DNA of 64,000 nucleotides from Blastocatellia bacterium (GCA_963765495.1 CAVXWP010000002.1:32001-96000); one strand, 5' to 3'. Shown: positions 9,868 through 20,277, numbered from the stretch's first letter. The notes: generated from the sequence alone by a model not told the origin. A program made the numbers and translations.

Positions 9868-11351
9868 CAATACCTGTCAAATAAGCAAAATAGCATCACA
9901 AAATCGTAGCTGTGGCTTGGGCCAGTTGTAATGCTGTGGTCGCTTCAGATTGAACCCACTCATCTTTCTCTTCACTACTCGCGGATTCGATCTGGCTCGC
10001 CTTTCTGGTAACCTTTGCTCTCCTATATCTCTCAATAGCCTCTTGTATAATTGCTCCTTTTGCTCCTTTTCTACCATTTGGAATTCTGGTATTGCTTCTT
10101 GGATTATCCTCAATGCTCCTACAAAACTTATCCGATCCGGGTCTACTTCTGCCTCATTTGCTGCTTCGTGTATCAGTTTTCTTACTGCATAATGCGCTAT
10201 CAATAATGCGTATAACTCTTGTATGACTCCCTCTGGTTTTAGGCTTCTCAATGGCCTTCCTGCTAGTCGTTGATGTGTATCTATCTCATCTATGACTATC
10301 TCGATTTCCCATCGCTCGTGATACAAACACACCAACTCTTTGGCCGGATACTTCCTTTCATCCAATAGTGTTGTGACTATGCGGTATCTCTTCTGGTATC
10401 CTGCTTGGGTCGGGTCTGTAAAAGTGTAAGAGATTATCCGAACCAACTGTTTGTCTTCTTTATTTCGCCGTCCTTTTTGTGTTGGTCTGATATAGCCTAA
10501 CCACGTTCCATCTTCTAGCGTGCAAAGGTGTTCCGGTTTCACATTGTCAGGCAATCTACCAAGACATTGAGACCCTCGCTCAAGTGTCGCAACTACCATA
10601 TCATAGGAGTGAAAGCCTCTATCCCACATCAAAAGCATCCCTTTTCCCAGGCTTCTTAGCAGGCGAAAACCTCCAACTCGTTCACTGCTTTTTGCAGGCC
10701 AAAATCCTGCATCAATAATGGCATGAGTGCCACATTCTACAAGGTAGACAGCCTGAATTTGCACGAAGCAACACTTCCCGCGATCAGAAGCCAACCGCCC
10801 AAAAGCAGCATCATTTTCCGGAGTGTCCGGGGCTTCTTCAATAGAGCCGTCAAGGGCCATTAATCGCAGTCCAAATGCAAAAGCGCCACGAGTTTCATCT
10901 GTTGCCATAGGTTGTGCAACACGATGAAACAATGAGACTAAAGGACGAGGCCCCAACTGGTAACGACGATAAGATATTGCATTGTGTTTAGGAGGAGGAA
11001 AGTCAGGATCAGGCCAGATGAAACGCAAACCCTGAAAGACTCTCCGCACGACATGTCCAATAGAGAAATGTGAAAACAGATTCATAGCGATGATAATGAG
11101 CACGACAGCGCTCATAGTGAGTTTGCGATGTCGTTTGTGAGAGGCATTGTGGAGATCAAGAACCTCTTGGATTAATTCAATAGAGACGGCATCAGAGATG
11201 GCATCAATAGAGAGATGATCACAGAACTTTCGTTCATCGGTAATATGGCGTATTTTGTAACTCAAGCGAGGCGGCTCCTTGACAACTTTCGTTTCTATCA
11301 ACTCGAAAGTATGCCATAAATGCCGTCTCGTGGCTTATTTGACAGGTATTG
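9868..11351 (-). mobile_element. IS4-family insertion sequence
   Basis: Perfect 19-bp TIR CAATACCTGTCAAATAAGC; 10-bp TSD TGCCTAAGAC at 9858-9867 and 11352-11361. Confidence 0.95.
9877..11301 (-). CDS. IS4 family transposase
   Basis: ALDGS, WDRGF and YHERWEIE (YREK-type) motifs; C-terminal NPRVVKR. Confidence 0.93.
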   Translation of the reverse strand: MIETKVVKEPPRLSYKIRHITDERKFCDHLSIDAISDAVSIELIQEVLDLHNASHKRHRKLTMSAVVLIIIAMNLFSHFSIGHVVRRVFQGLRFIWPDPDFPPPKHNAISYRRYQLGPRPLVSLFHRVAQPMATDETRGAFAFGLRLMALDGSIEEAPDTPENDAAFGRLASDRGKCCFVQIQAVYLVECGTHAIIDAGFWPAKSSERVGGFRLLRSLGKGMLLMWDRGFHSYDMVVATLERGSQCLGRLPDNVKPEHLCTLEDGTWLGYIRPTQKGRRNKEDKQLVRIISYTFTDPTQAGYQKRYRIVTTLLDERKYPAKELVCLYHERWEIEIVIDEIDTHQRLAGRPLRSLKPEGVIQELYALLIAHYAVRKLIHEAANEAEVDPDRISFVGALRIIQEAIPEFQMVEKEQKEQLYKRLLRDIGEQRLPERRARSNPRVVKRKMSGFNLKRPQHYNWPKPQLRFCDAILLI

Positions 11352-11933
11352 TGCCTAAGACCGAACATCGGAGGAATGTTGTTGATCCACCGCATGTGAT
11401 TATGAACAATTTTGGTATTTTTCCAAATAGTCGTATCCAGCTACAAATTGAACACCTTAATTCCCTTTCGTCCTACGTTCAGGAGTTCAGGAGAAATTGT
11501 CTCTTAGTAATAGATCGAGCAGGAAGTGGAAAAACAAACCTTGTATGTGACTTTGCTCTCTCGCTGGCAACAAAACAACCTGTGCTGTTACTCTTTGGAA
11601 AAGAAAATTTTCATGGCACGGATGGGATTATCGAAAAGTTGGAAAGCCTGATATCCCACGCCTTTGACGTGCAATCATCAAGTCCTATTAGTTTGGTTGA
11701 CGAACTATTAGAAAAGGAAGGTCTCTTCCTTCATATCTTCCTAGAAGGGGTAAATGAGAATCGCAGCATTTCTGAGTTAGATGTGAATATTGCTACATTT
11801 CTTCAATGGGCCAGCAATCATAGAATTAGAGTAACTATCACTTGTAGGGATATATATTGGGTATTCTGTAGTGGTCCCCTAAAACTGGACAGTAGAAACA
11901 GACAGAACTACAGTTCAGAAATAGGAGACCACT

Positions 11934-12239
11934 ATGACGAAAAAGAGAACCTTCAAACCCCAATTGAAAGCCCAGGCTGTCTTGCAACTTCTTAGCGGTA
12001 GCAAAAGCGCTGCTCAAATCTGCCGCGATCTCAACATCAATGAAGCTCTCCTCAGCCGTTGGAAGCAGCAACTTCTCACTCACGCCCCGACGGTCTTCGA
12101 GACTGATAGTGAAGTAAACCACAAAGACCAACATATCGCTGAACTCCAACAAATGGTCGGGCGTCTTACTATGGAGTTAGAGATCGCAAAAAAAGCCTCT
12201 CAAGTTGTAATCTATCAAACCAGGAAAAACGGGAGGTGA
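11934..12239 (+). CDS. IS3 OrfA (HTH)
   Basis: KRTFKPQLKAQAV..AAQICRDLNI...LLSRWK; ends near the A7G frameshift window. Confidence 0.9.
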   Translation: MTKKRTFKPQLKAQAVLQLLSGSKSAAQICRDLNINEALLSRWKQQLLTHAPTVFETDSEVNHKDQHIAELQQMVGRLTMELEIAKKASQVVIYQTRKNGR

Positions 12240-13084
12240 TCGAGATGCTTGCAAGTGACTATCCTGTGAGCGTTATCTGCAAAGTCGTTTGCCTGCCAAG
12301 AAGTTCTTATTATTACTCGAGAGTCGAGCGCGATGAGACTTCTCTGACTGCTGCAATTCAAGAGGCAGCAGCGCAGTTCCCGACCTATGGATCGCGTCGC
12401 TTGACTCATCAGGTCAAACGCGAGGTTGCTGACCTTGCACCTTTGGGCCGCAAGCGAGTGAGGCGAGTAATGAGAGAAAATGGCCTGATTTTAAGGCGAA
12501 AAAAGCAGACCAAACAGACTACAAACTCCCGGCACTCATATCCTCGGTATCCGAATCTGGTAAAGGGAGTAATAGTAACTCATCCCGAAGAGGTTTGGGT
12601 ATGTGATATTACCTACATCAAATTGGGTAAGGGCCAGTTTGTATACCTGGCGATAGTAATGGATGTCTTCACACGAGCGATACGAGGATGGGCGCTCTCT
12701 CAAGGGCTAGGAGTAGAGTTGAGCTTAGCGGCTCTAAATCGGGCGCTCGAATGTGGGAAGCCAGAAATCCATCACTCGGATCAAGGGGTGCAGTATGCTG
12801 CGACTGATTATGTGGCTATATTGAAAGCAGCCGGAACCCGAATCTCGATGGCCGAAGTAGGACACGCCGAGCAAAACGGCTATGCCGAAAGAGTGATCAG
12901 AACGATCAAGGAAGAAGAAGTCTACTTGAGCGAGTACGAAGACTCGGAAGAAGCCCTCTCTCAGATAGGCCATTTTATAGAAGATGTCTATCTGAAGAAG
13001 CGGATACACTCGTCATTGGGATATATGACCCCGGTGGAGTTCGAGGCGCAGTGGAAAATGAAGCAATCTGCGTCTATACTATAA
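12236..13084 (+). CDS. IS3 OrfB (rve/DDE)
   Basis: YGSRR, WVCDITYI, HHSDQGVQY, NGYAER, RIHSSLGYMTP. Confidence 0.95.
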   Translation: MIEMLASDYPVSVICKVVCLPRSSYYYSRVERDETSLTAAIQEAAAQFPTYGSRRLTHQVKREVADLAPLGRKRVRRVMRENGLILRRKKQTKQTTNSRHSYPRYPNLVKGVIVTHPEEVWVCDITYIKLGKGQFVYLAIVMDVFTRAIRGWALSQGLGVELSLAALNRALECGKPEIHHSDQGVQYAATDYVAILKAAGTRISMAEVGHAEQNGYAERVIRTIKEEEVYLSEYEDSEEALSQIGHFIEDVYLKKRIHSSLGYMTPVEFEAQWKMKQSASIL

Positions 13085-14283
13085 ACCGACTTTTTACTGT
13101 CCAAATTTTGGGGTCCATTACATTCTTCAATTACGATAATTGGAGACATTTTGTGAGTATGACTGTGCAGGGTGGGCTTAAGGAGTTTTCTGCCTCTGAA
13201 TACAGTTCTGCGCTACCACTTTATCTAAGCCATTTTAATATTAGGTGTGAGTTGGCTGATGAGGCTAGGAGGGCTTGTCAACACCCTCTACTGCTTCGTT
13301 TTTTCTGTGAGGCATATGGTTCTGTAGATGGGCCAGAAGTTCAGCTAGGCTTAGTACGCGATATTAGATTAAAGGAACTATTCGATGAGTATTTTACGCG
13401 GAAAGTAGCGCAAATACGACAATTCCTTCATCATGGGAACGCGGATTTAGTAATTAGCTACCTGTCTAAACTCATAGCCTATTTGTTCAACAGCTTATCA
13501 GTCTCTATCTTCTCTACGGAAATTCAAGAAGCAACAGGAGATGCAGACTTAAGTACAGAGAACTCTCTCTACCTCCGTTTATTGGACGAAGACATTATCA
13601 TAGAAGAGCAGCCTACAGAATCCATTGAGAAGCGGCGTATTGGCTTTGTATATGAAGAATTTATGGAATATCTATTGGCAAGAACTCTCATTGCGATGCC
13701 TGAACGTTTTGGTTTATGCACCGTATCTGATATTTTTCAAAAGCTTTATGAAGCAGTTAATGTCTGGGTGAATGCGCGTGGCGTTGGAGAATATGTCGGA
13801 ATCATGTTATTGGAAGGTGATTTTGGCTATTCACGCGAAGATGCAATAAATTTTATAACTCTATTAGCTCGCGGGGATTCGGTCTGGCCAACAGCCTTTT
13901 GGTCAGTAATTGGCAAATTATCAGAAGAGAATCTCAATGCAGATGTTTTTGACCTTTTTTTTGATGCAATTAAGGCATTTTCTGATATGAAGGTTATAAG
14001 AAATGCACTTGAGGCTATGTCAAGATACAGCCAAGAAGGCTGCCAATTACTCGCAGCGATTTTATTATGGTCGGCGGCTGTGCCTAAGTTTTTGAGTTGG
14101 AGTGAGTTCTACAGATTATCTCACATGTGTGAGGATGAATTAAAAGAACTGAGCTCACGATTGGTAAGTGCAACCTATTCCAAAGTAAGATTCAATCAGA
14201 TTACAAATATCTCCTACAAGGATGTTCTAAAATCGATACGACCATATATTGAGGAGGATTCCAGCAAAGGTATAGATAATGTC

Positions 14284-15820
14284 CTCGACTGTTGTGTTTT
14301 GAATTATCCAACGGGGTTATAATCCTGCTTGGGACAAGGTAACAGATTATAAGAATAGGTTGGATGATTTCCATGCAAGTACCGATTGTTGCACCATCGC
14401 CAATAGTTGAAAAGCATTCCGTGGCTTTTCGTGATTTATTTGAGAACTGTTGTCAGTACGAGCATTTTCAAAACTATCTGACAGGGTTGATTTTATTAGA
14501 CAACAAAAGCTTGAGCAACATCTCTCGGTGTGTCTTATCAAGCGCAGACAAAACCAATCTATCTCGGTTTTTCTCTCAATCGCCTTGGAGCGAGAGCCTG
14601 GTCAATGACCGTCGAGTCGAGTATCTAATTGAGCAGACACAAAAGCATCTGAGAGCGGCTAAGGATTCTTGTTTGTTGTTGGATGACACTCTGTGCGAGC
14701 ACTTTGGGAGTTTGTTTGAGTATGTTTCACGTCATTATGATCATTGCGACGGAACTTATCCGTTGGCGCACAATTTAGTGACTAGCCATTTCGTAAGTGG
14801 AGCAGTGCGTTTTCCTGTCTCGGCACGTCTTTATCGCCGTTATGAAGAGAAGACTAATTGGGAGGTTTTTGTCGGGAAATATTTTCCTGATCGCAAAATT
14901 CCAACCCGGAGCAAAGAGCGAAATAAGTTTCATAAAGAAGTTGATAAAAAGTTGCTTTCAGACCCTGAGTTCGCGCGTCTGCACACGGAGTTTGAGACTA
15001 AGATAATGTTGGGGGTGCAGCTAATCCAAGACGCAGTAGGACGCAAATTGCCTTTCAAAATACGTCTTGATGGACAGTTGGTATCTAGCTCCTCTGATTA
15101 TTGAGTGTTTGCAAAAACATGGGTTGGATTGGGTGAGTTTGCTGAAAAAGAATCGCAAAATAGAGACAGCGAGTTTCACTTTGCGCGATGCCGAGGGGAA
15201 GAAGATAGAGATAGCCGGGCCACACGTCAAAGTTGAAGAGTTAGTGAAGTTGATACCGGCAAGGGCGTTTAAGTCGGTGAAAGTTGATGAAAAAGAGTAT
15301 TGGTATTTTGCGTTGAATCTTAGCATCCCGGATTTGGGAAAAGTGCGTCTGGTCATCAGTTATTCAGATGCGAGCCTTGAGGGAACATATGCAGTGATAG
15401 TGACAAATCGAACCGATTGGTCAGCTAAGAAAATAATTGAGAGTTATCTGCAACGCTGGCCGATAGAGACGTTTTATCAGGACAGCAAAGGACATCTTGG
15501 GTTAGACGAATATCGAATGCGAGGAGCCGAAGCCGCTAAAAAACATTGGTGTCTGGTCTTCGTAGCCTACTCTCTATTACATCTGGATTGTCTGGAAGCG
15601 TCACCGAAGAAACGTCAGCCGCTGCTTCGGCCTATAAGAACTATTGGCGAAGCCTGTCGGCAACAAGGACAAGCATCGCTTGAAAACTTGATAATGAAAG
15701 CACACAACTTAATACAACAGGGGGAATCTGTGTCTGCAACTTTCGCCAGGCTTTTTGCTAAACAACATCCAATTATGGCTTGTTGATTGGTTGCTTTTCA
15801 CCTAAAACACAACAGTCGAG
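14284..15820 (+). mobile_element. IS701-like insertion sequence
   Basis: Perfect 17-bp TIR CTCGACTGTTGTGTTTT; 7-bp TSD TAATGTC at 14277-14283 and 15821-15827. Confidence 0.92.
14364..15786 (+). pseudogene. IS701-like transposase, frameshifted near 15060
   Basis: ORF 14364-15104 (LLDDT) and ORF 15067-15786 (MDSWY, YLQRWPIETFYQDSKGHLGL) are two halves of one DDE protein. Confidence 0.85.
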
Positions 15821-16145
15821 TAATGTCATCAGACTTTATGGAGAGCCGACTAGAGCTCAATCGATTAGCCGCAATCTGGTTCGAGTGATTTGGAGATCAT
15901 TCCCCGAATTTCATCCCATGCTCATCAATGGACTCTTTAGCACAGATGAGAGCGTACGAAGGGTGTGTGCGGACAGGCTTCGATTTGCAAAGACATGTGT
16001 TAAAGAAATCATATTCCTTTGCAAGCAGATTGCAGAAGCTGAAGGCTCATCAGAAGTGGGGAAAATCCTTTTTCATACTGTAGGCTATTTAGAACAAGAA
16101 GTCATAAGGCGGTCGAAGACACGAACCGAATAACCAAAGTGCTTG

Positions 16146-16230
16146 GCCTAACTGCTCATTCCAGCGGACGCGCGTGCCAACTTCTCATGTTCCATCGGCC
16201 GCCAGCGCGCCGCTGAATTCGGCGTTAGGC
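16146..16230 (+). repeat. attC site 9
   Basis: Main family; closes the IS-riddled cassette. Confidence 0.9.
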
Positions 16231-16276
16231 GCGCAGAGCGGAATCCGTATTAGATGACATCTATGAATCAGGAGGA

Positions 16277-16810
16277 GTGATGATGTTGAGAGTAATTGCA
16301 GTCCTAGCATTGTTATTGTTATCTCTGACTGGCTGGTTAAGCGCGATCGAAAAATCTCCGACGCCAGTAGAAGGCTCACCAGTCGAGGTAACCTCACAGC
16401 AACTGAAAATCGGCGAGGCAAAAGGTAGCCTGATACAGAACAGGACAGTAGAATTGAAGTACGCCTATGCCCGTAAAGTAAAGGTGCAGGGTGACCCGAT
16501 GTATAGTCTTGTGCTAACCCACCGCCCCTATTCTGAAGATATCCTAAAAAAAGGCGACACCCTCAGTGATGCAGTAGGATTCAATGATATGCTCCACTTT
16601 ATGATTACACCCGAAGGCAAAATTGTCACCATGAGCTTCTTTCTCTCGCCACCGAATTTATCTAACTCGAAGGCGTATGCCTCAGCGAACAGGAAATCTG
16701 TGACGATTGGCGCCGATAGCATTGAGGGAGAGTTAGCCGAAGAGGATTCGGGTTTTGGTGGAAAATGGAGCTACAGAGTAAAATTTAAGAGCGCAATCCT
16801 GAAGGAATAA
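16277..16810 (+). CDS. secreted hypothetical protein
   Basis: Signal peptide; AGGAGG RBS; fills the cassette. Confidence 0.75.
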   Translation: MMMLRVIAVLALLLLSLTGWLSAIEKSPTPVEGSPVEVTSQQLKIGEAKGSLIQNRTVELKYAYARKVKVQGDPMYSLVLTHRPYSEDILKKGDTLSDAVGFNDMLHFMITPEGKIVTMSFFLSPPNLSNSKAYASANRKSVTIGADSIEGELAEEDSGFGGKWSYRVKFKSAILKE

Positions 16811-16849
16811 TTTCAGAAGCAGAAGCGGAGCAGACAATAGCAATCCGCC

Positions 16850-16934
16850 GCCTAACAGGTCGATCAACCGGACGCGCATGCCAACGTCTCATTAGCCCTC
16901 GGCTACCGGCGCGCCGGTTATCTCGTCGTTAAGC
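16850..16934 (+). repeat. attC site 10
   Basis: GCCTAAC..AACCGG/CCGGTT..GTTAAGC. Confidence 0.88.
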
Positions 16935-17198
16935 GCGCAGGAAATTGGTCGGTGAGAATTAACCAAACTGGTCGCCAAGATCGCAGCCAATATTATCTGT
17001 CTACAAGCTGTGCTGTTAGACTCACACTGGTCGTCAGATTGCAGGGTAGAATGACCTGTCTACGTCTGTCGAGTTAGACTCACACTTCGCCGCGCTAGTC
17101 GAAAGGGTAGAGTCAAAGTCCCGCTAAAAGGTAAAGTAAGCTTGCGCGGCTTGAACGACAGGAATCTTCATCTGTGACGAACTTACAAATCAGAACGC
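16935..17198. other. ORF-less cassette with internal ~60-bp tandem duplication
   Basis: CTGTCTAC..GTTAGACTCACACT..AGGGTAGA at 16997-17050 and 17056-17111. Confidence 0.7.
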
Positions 17199-17284
17199 GC
17201 CTAACCGTGGCATTCAGCGGACCCGCGTGCCACCGCCTCATTATCCCTTTGCCCACAGCGGGCCGCTGATCCCCGGCGTTAGGC
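17199..17284 (+). repeat. attC site 11
   Basis: GCCTAAC..CAGCGGACCCGC/GCGGGCCGCTG..GTTAGGC. Confidence 0.9.
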
Positions 17285-17638
17285 GTTAGATCACCGATGA
17301 AAGGGAAACGACTCAACAAGCAACGCTACGAAAACCAGTTCAGGCGAGTCATAGCGAGGAGAGCCTCTTGCTCGCTTCTCTCTTCTCTTGTTCCTTCATA
17401 GGATGTTTCTTCCAAAGGATTATTCACTCTGGCTCAATGATAATGCTGCCTCGAAAAGATACCTTCGCAGCACAACCACCTGTTGAGGCAAGGGGTAGAG
17501 AAGCCTGAATGGGAAGGACAAAGCTTGCACATCAAGCTGCTTCCTTGGCAATGACAGGAAAAGCTGTCTCAGAAAGTGAGAGTGAAAATAGGAGGATCAG
17601 GGTCAGCCAAGCGCAAGAAATGAAACAGGCAAGGGACC
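17285..17638. other. ORF-less cassette, paralogue B
   Basis: Shares a 29-mer and other blocks with paralogue C, and shorter blocks with A. Confidence 0.75.
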
Positions 17639-17723
17639 GCCTAACCGCTCAATCAACCGGACCCGCGTGCCAGCGATTCATTATCCCTCCGACCACAGCG
17701 GGCCGGTTATCTCGGTGTTAGGC
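17639..17723 (+). repeat. attC site 12
   Basis: GCCTAAC..GTTAGGC, AACCGG/CCGGTT variant. Confidence 0.9.
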
Positions 17724-18101
17724 GTCCATATCTCAATGGAAGCGAAACGACTCATAAAGCGATGATGCGAAAACATGTTCAGGTAGTCATCGCCAGGACA
17801 ATGCCCTTGCTCGCTTCTCATTCCACTCTCTTCGCATCGCTTATCTCTGTTCCTTTCTCTGATACTGCTTTCTCCCGAATCAGTCTGTTCAGCATTGCTC
17901 AATGACAATGCTGCCTCGAAAAGATACCTTCGCAGGGCAATTGCCAGTTAAGGAATGTGGCAGGTCAAACCTGATTGGAAGGATAAACCTGCCAATTCAG
18001 ATGCTTCCCCGACAATGGTAGGAAAACCTGTCTCAGAAAGTGAGACGAAAACAGGAGGATCAGGGCCAGCAAAGCGCAAGAAATGAAACAGGCAAGGGGC
18101 T
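17724..18101. other. ORF-less cassette, paralogue C
   Basis: Shares GATACTGCTTTCTCCCGA with A and AATGCTGCCTCGAAAAGATACCTTCGCAG with B. Confidence 0.75.
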
Positions 18102-18186
18102 GCCTAACTGCTCAATCAACCGGACCCGCATACCACCGTTTCATTATCCCTTCAACCACAGCGGGCCGGTTATCTCGTCGTTAGGC
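18102..18186 (+). repeat. attC site 13
   Basis: GCCTAAC..GTTAGGC. Confidence 0.9.
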
Positions 18187-18362
18187 TCGCGGGGAAATTT
18201 CCTGACCAACAGCAACGACACAGAGGCGGAAAAAAGAGTGAACAATGTCATAGTAACTAAACGACGCAGTCACAAAGCAGCGAGTCAAGATTGGGGCCGC
18301 GCCTCCCGATATGCCTTGATTGAATTGCCCAGAAAGCCGAGCGCGGCCAACGACAAAGGCGC

Positions 18363-18448
18363 GCCTAACATGGGCATTCAACGGACCCGCATACCAGCTT
18401 CTCGTTATCCCTTCGGCCACAGCGGGCCGCTGATCCCCGGCGTTAGGC
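18363..18448 (+). repeat. attC site 14 (follows a ~175-bp ORF-less cassette)
   Basis: GCCTAAC..GTTAGGC. Confidence 0.88.
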
Positions 18449-18617
18449 TCCCGTATTCTCCAGTAATTCTTCTTTTAAACATTTCTATTGCAATTCTTTT
18501 TCATCCTGGATTATACAGGCTTTCTATTGCGCTTATTCTCCTCATCCTTGTAGAATTCTTTTTCATTATCCATCTACTCGTTGCATCTATTTTACTTTAG
18601 ATTGGGAGGTTAGACTG

Positions 18618-19103
18618 TTGAGATCACCTTTTTTTCTTTTACTTGCAATTCTTCTTTCCCCTCTCCACGCCTTTTCGCAAAATGACTTCAATACTTATCC
18701 AATTCGCCCCCTAATTAGTATTATTGAGGACCACAATACAGTTGAGAGCAGCAAGGTGGACTTTGTTGTCTCGGCTGCCCCTTTTCCCTCTAAAACCGCC
18801 GTGGTCGTGACTGGCCAACACCGACCGATTTCCAAACCGAAAATGGATTTTATAAAGCTTTGGTTTGAAGTAAAAAATGCTCCTTTGGATCGTCTAAATG
18901 AATTCGAGAATGAATACCTCTTCAAGGAAGGCGACAAGGATTATTGGTTACCAGTTCTTAAACCAATCGAGCCCTACATGGAGAAAGAACTTAACAAAGG
19001 CGATATGACTGTATTGTACTACTTTTTTATGGGAAGTTATTCCAAGACATTGCGAGAGTGGGTGTTCGTTGTCGAAGAGTTTCACAAGGTCGAGACGAAG
19101 TAA
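18618..19103 (+). CDS. secreted hypothetical protein
   Basis: GGAGG RBS, TTG start, signal peptide ending HAFS-Q; stop next to attC15. Confidence 0.75.
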   Translation: MRSPFFLLLAILLSPLHAFSQNDFNTYPIRPLISIIEDHNTVESSKVDFVVSAAPFPSKTAVVVTGQHRPISKPKMDFIKLWFEVKNAPLDRLNEFENEYLFKEGDKDYWLPVLKPIEPYMEKELNKGDMTVLYYFFMGSYSKTLREWVFVVEEFHKVETK

Positions 19104-19107
19104 ACTG

Positions 19108-19192
19108 GCCTAACTGCTCATTCCAGCGGACGCGCTTTCCAACATCTCGCGTTCCATAGGCCCACAGCGCGCCGCTGAACTCGGCGTTAGGC
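19108..19192 (+). repeat. attC site 15
   Basis: Main attC family. Confidence 0.9.
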
Positions 19193-19247
19193 CCAACAGA
19201 CGGGTGTACTCTTGCAGTCACCGTTCTATAATCGTTGAAGGTAGGAG

Positions 19248-20177
19248 GTGTTTTCCTTGTTTAATTACAGAGTAGTGCTTCTGTTTGTTCTTATGCTCAG
19301 TTTGAGCCTGGTATCATCATATAGCCAAGTTCGCCTCAGTGCCGAAGACGCGAACAAGTTATTAGTCGAGAAGGTTGAGCCGGACTATCCTTACTTTGCG
19401 AAACTAATGAAACACCAGGGAATAGTGAAGGTAGAAATCATGGTTTCCGAAGCAGGTGCGGTTGTTTCATCGAAAGTGCTAGAAGGTAATCCCACATTGA
19501 GATCAGCTGCCTTGGACGCCGTAAAGAAGTGTAAGTATAAACCATACGTTGTTGATGGCAAGGCGACACCTTTCATCACTACTGTTGACATCAGTTTCTC
19601 TCTAGGCATACCGGATGACGACATCAAGCGAGAGCAAGAGGTTAGTAAGAAGTACTTCCAGCAAGAAGACAAGTGCCGTGAGCTGCTAAGAAGCGGCAAG
19701 CTAAAAGAAGCTGAGATGGTCTGTAAGGCTGCTGCTCAGGTGGCAGAGGAATTGCCAAGTGATAGAGCATTAGAAAAGATGGGAGCTTACGAACTTGTGG
19801 GGCATACCTTAATGCAGCAGCAGCGTTATCAGGAAGCTTTAGATAGCTATTCACGCGCCCTTCAATTTGCACAGTTGAAGTTGACAGACAAAAATGCCGA
19901 ATTAGGGCAATTGTACGGCTATCTGGCCATTGCACATCATGGCATGAGCAACTTAGACAAAGCACGAGAACTATATAAGAAGGCTGAAAAGTCCCTTCAA
20001 TCAGCCTATGCAGATATGGCCTGCGACAACTGTGATGAAGAGATAGAAAAGATCAGACAAGATTATATTAAAACGCTAAGGAGGCTACTTGAATATCACT
20101 TGGTAGCCGCCCAACAAGCAGGCGCAGCATCGGAGGTCGAAGAGATCAAGAAGCTGAAGGAAAGTCTTCCCAAGTGA
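19248..20177 (+). CDS. TonB C-terminal domain + TPR protein
   Basis: KVEPDYP..AK....QGIVKVEIMVSEAGAV..AALDAVKKCKYKP, followed by TPR-like helices; signal peptide. Confidence 0.85.
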   Translation: MFSLFNYRVVLLFVLMLSLSLVSSYSQVRLSAEDANKLLVEKVEPDYPYFAKLMKHQGIVKVEIMVSEAGAVVSSKVLEGNPTLRSAALDAVKKCKYKPYVVDGKATPFITTVDISFSLGIPDDDIKREQEVSKKYFQQEDKCRELLRSGKLKEAEMVCKAAAQVAEELPSDRALEKMGAYELVGHTLMQQQRYQEALDSYSRALQFAQLKLTDKNAELGQLYGYLAIAHHGMSNLDKARELYKKAEKSLQSAYADMACDNCDEEIEKIRQDYIKTLRRLLEYHLVAAQQAGAASEVEEIKKLKESLPK

Positions 20178-20183
20178 AGTTGG

Positions 20184-20277
20184 GCCTAACAATGTGTTCG
20201 ACCGGAGCGCGGGCAGCGAGTTTTGCATGGTTTCTTCCAGTTGGCTTGCCCGCGCCCGGTCAACACGGGCGTTAGGC
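20184..20277 (+). repeat. attC site 16 (divergent family)
   Basis: GCCTAAC..GTGTTCGACCGGAGCGCGGGC/GCCCGCGCCCGGTCAACAC..GTTAGGC. Confidence 0.88.

Larger units (their letters stand above)
11867..13122 (+). mobile_element. IS3-family insertion sequence
   Basis: TG...CA ends with imperfect TIRs (TGTAGTGGTCCCCTAAAACTGGACAGTA / TACTGTCCAAATTTTGGGGTCCATTACA); 3-bp TSD TTC; A7G slippery site at 12188-12195. Confidence 0.95.
8883..16133 (+). pseudogene. Mrr-like nuclease + STAND/NACHT NTPase (Avs-like), split by three IS and one frameshift
   Basis: Pieces 8883-9867, 11362-11866, 13126-14283 and 15828-16133 rejoin in frame across all three IS junctions (MPKT|EHR, WVF|FNY, DNV|IRL). N-terminal FEE..DRGRD..QCKR; Walker A DRAGSGKT; Walker B IFLEGVNE; ITCR; HPLLL; YEEFMEYL. 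Extra 1-bp frameshift near 9355. Confidence 0.85.
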
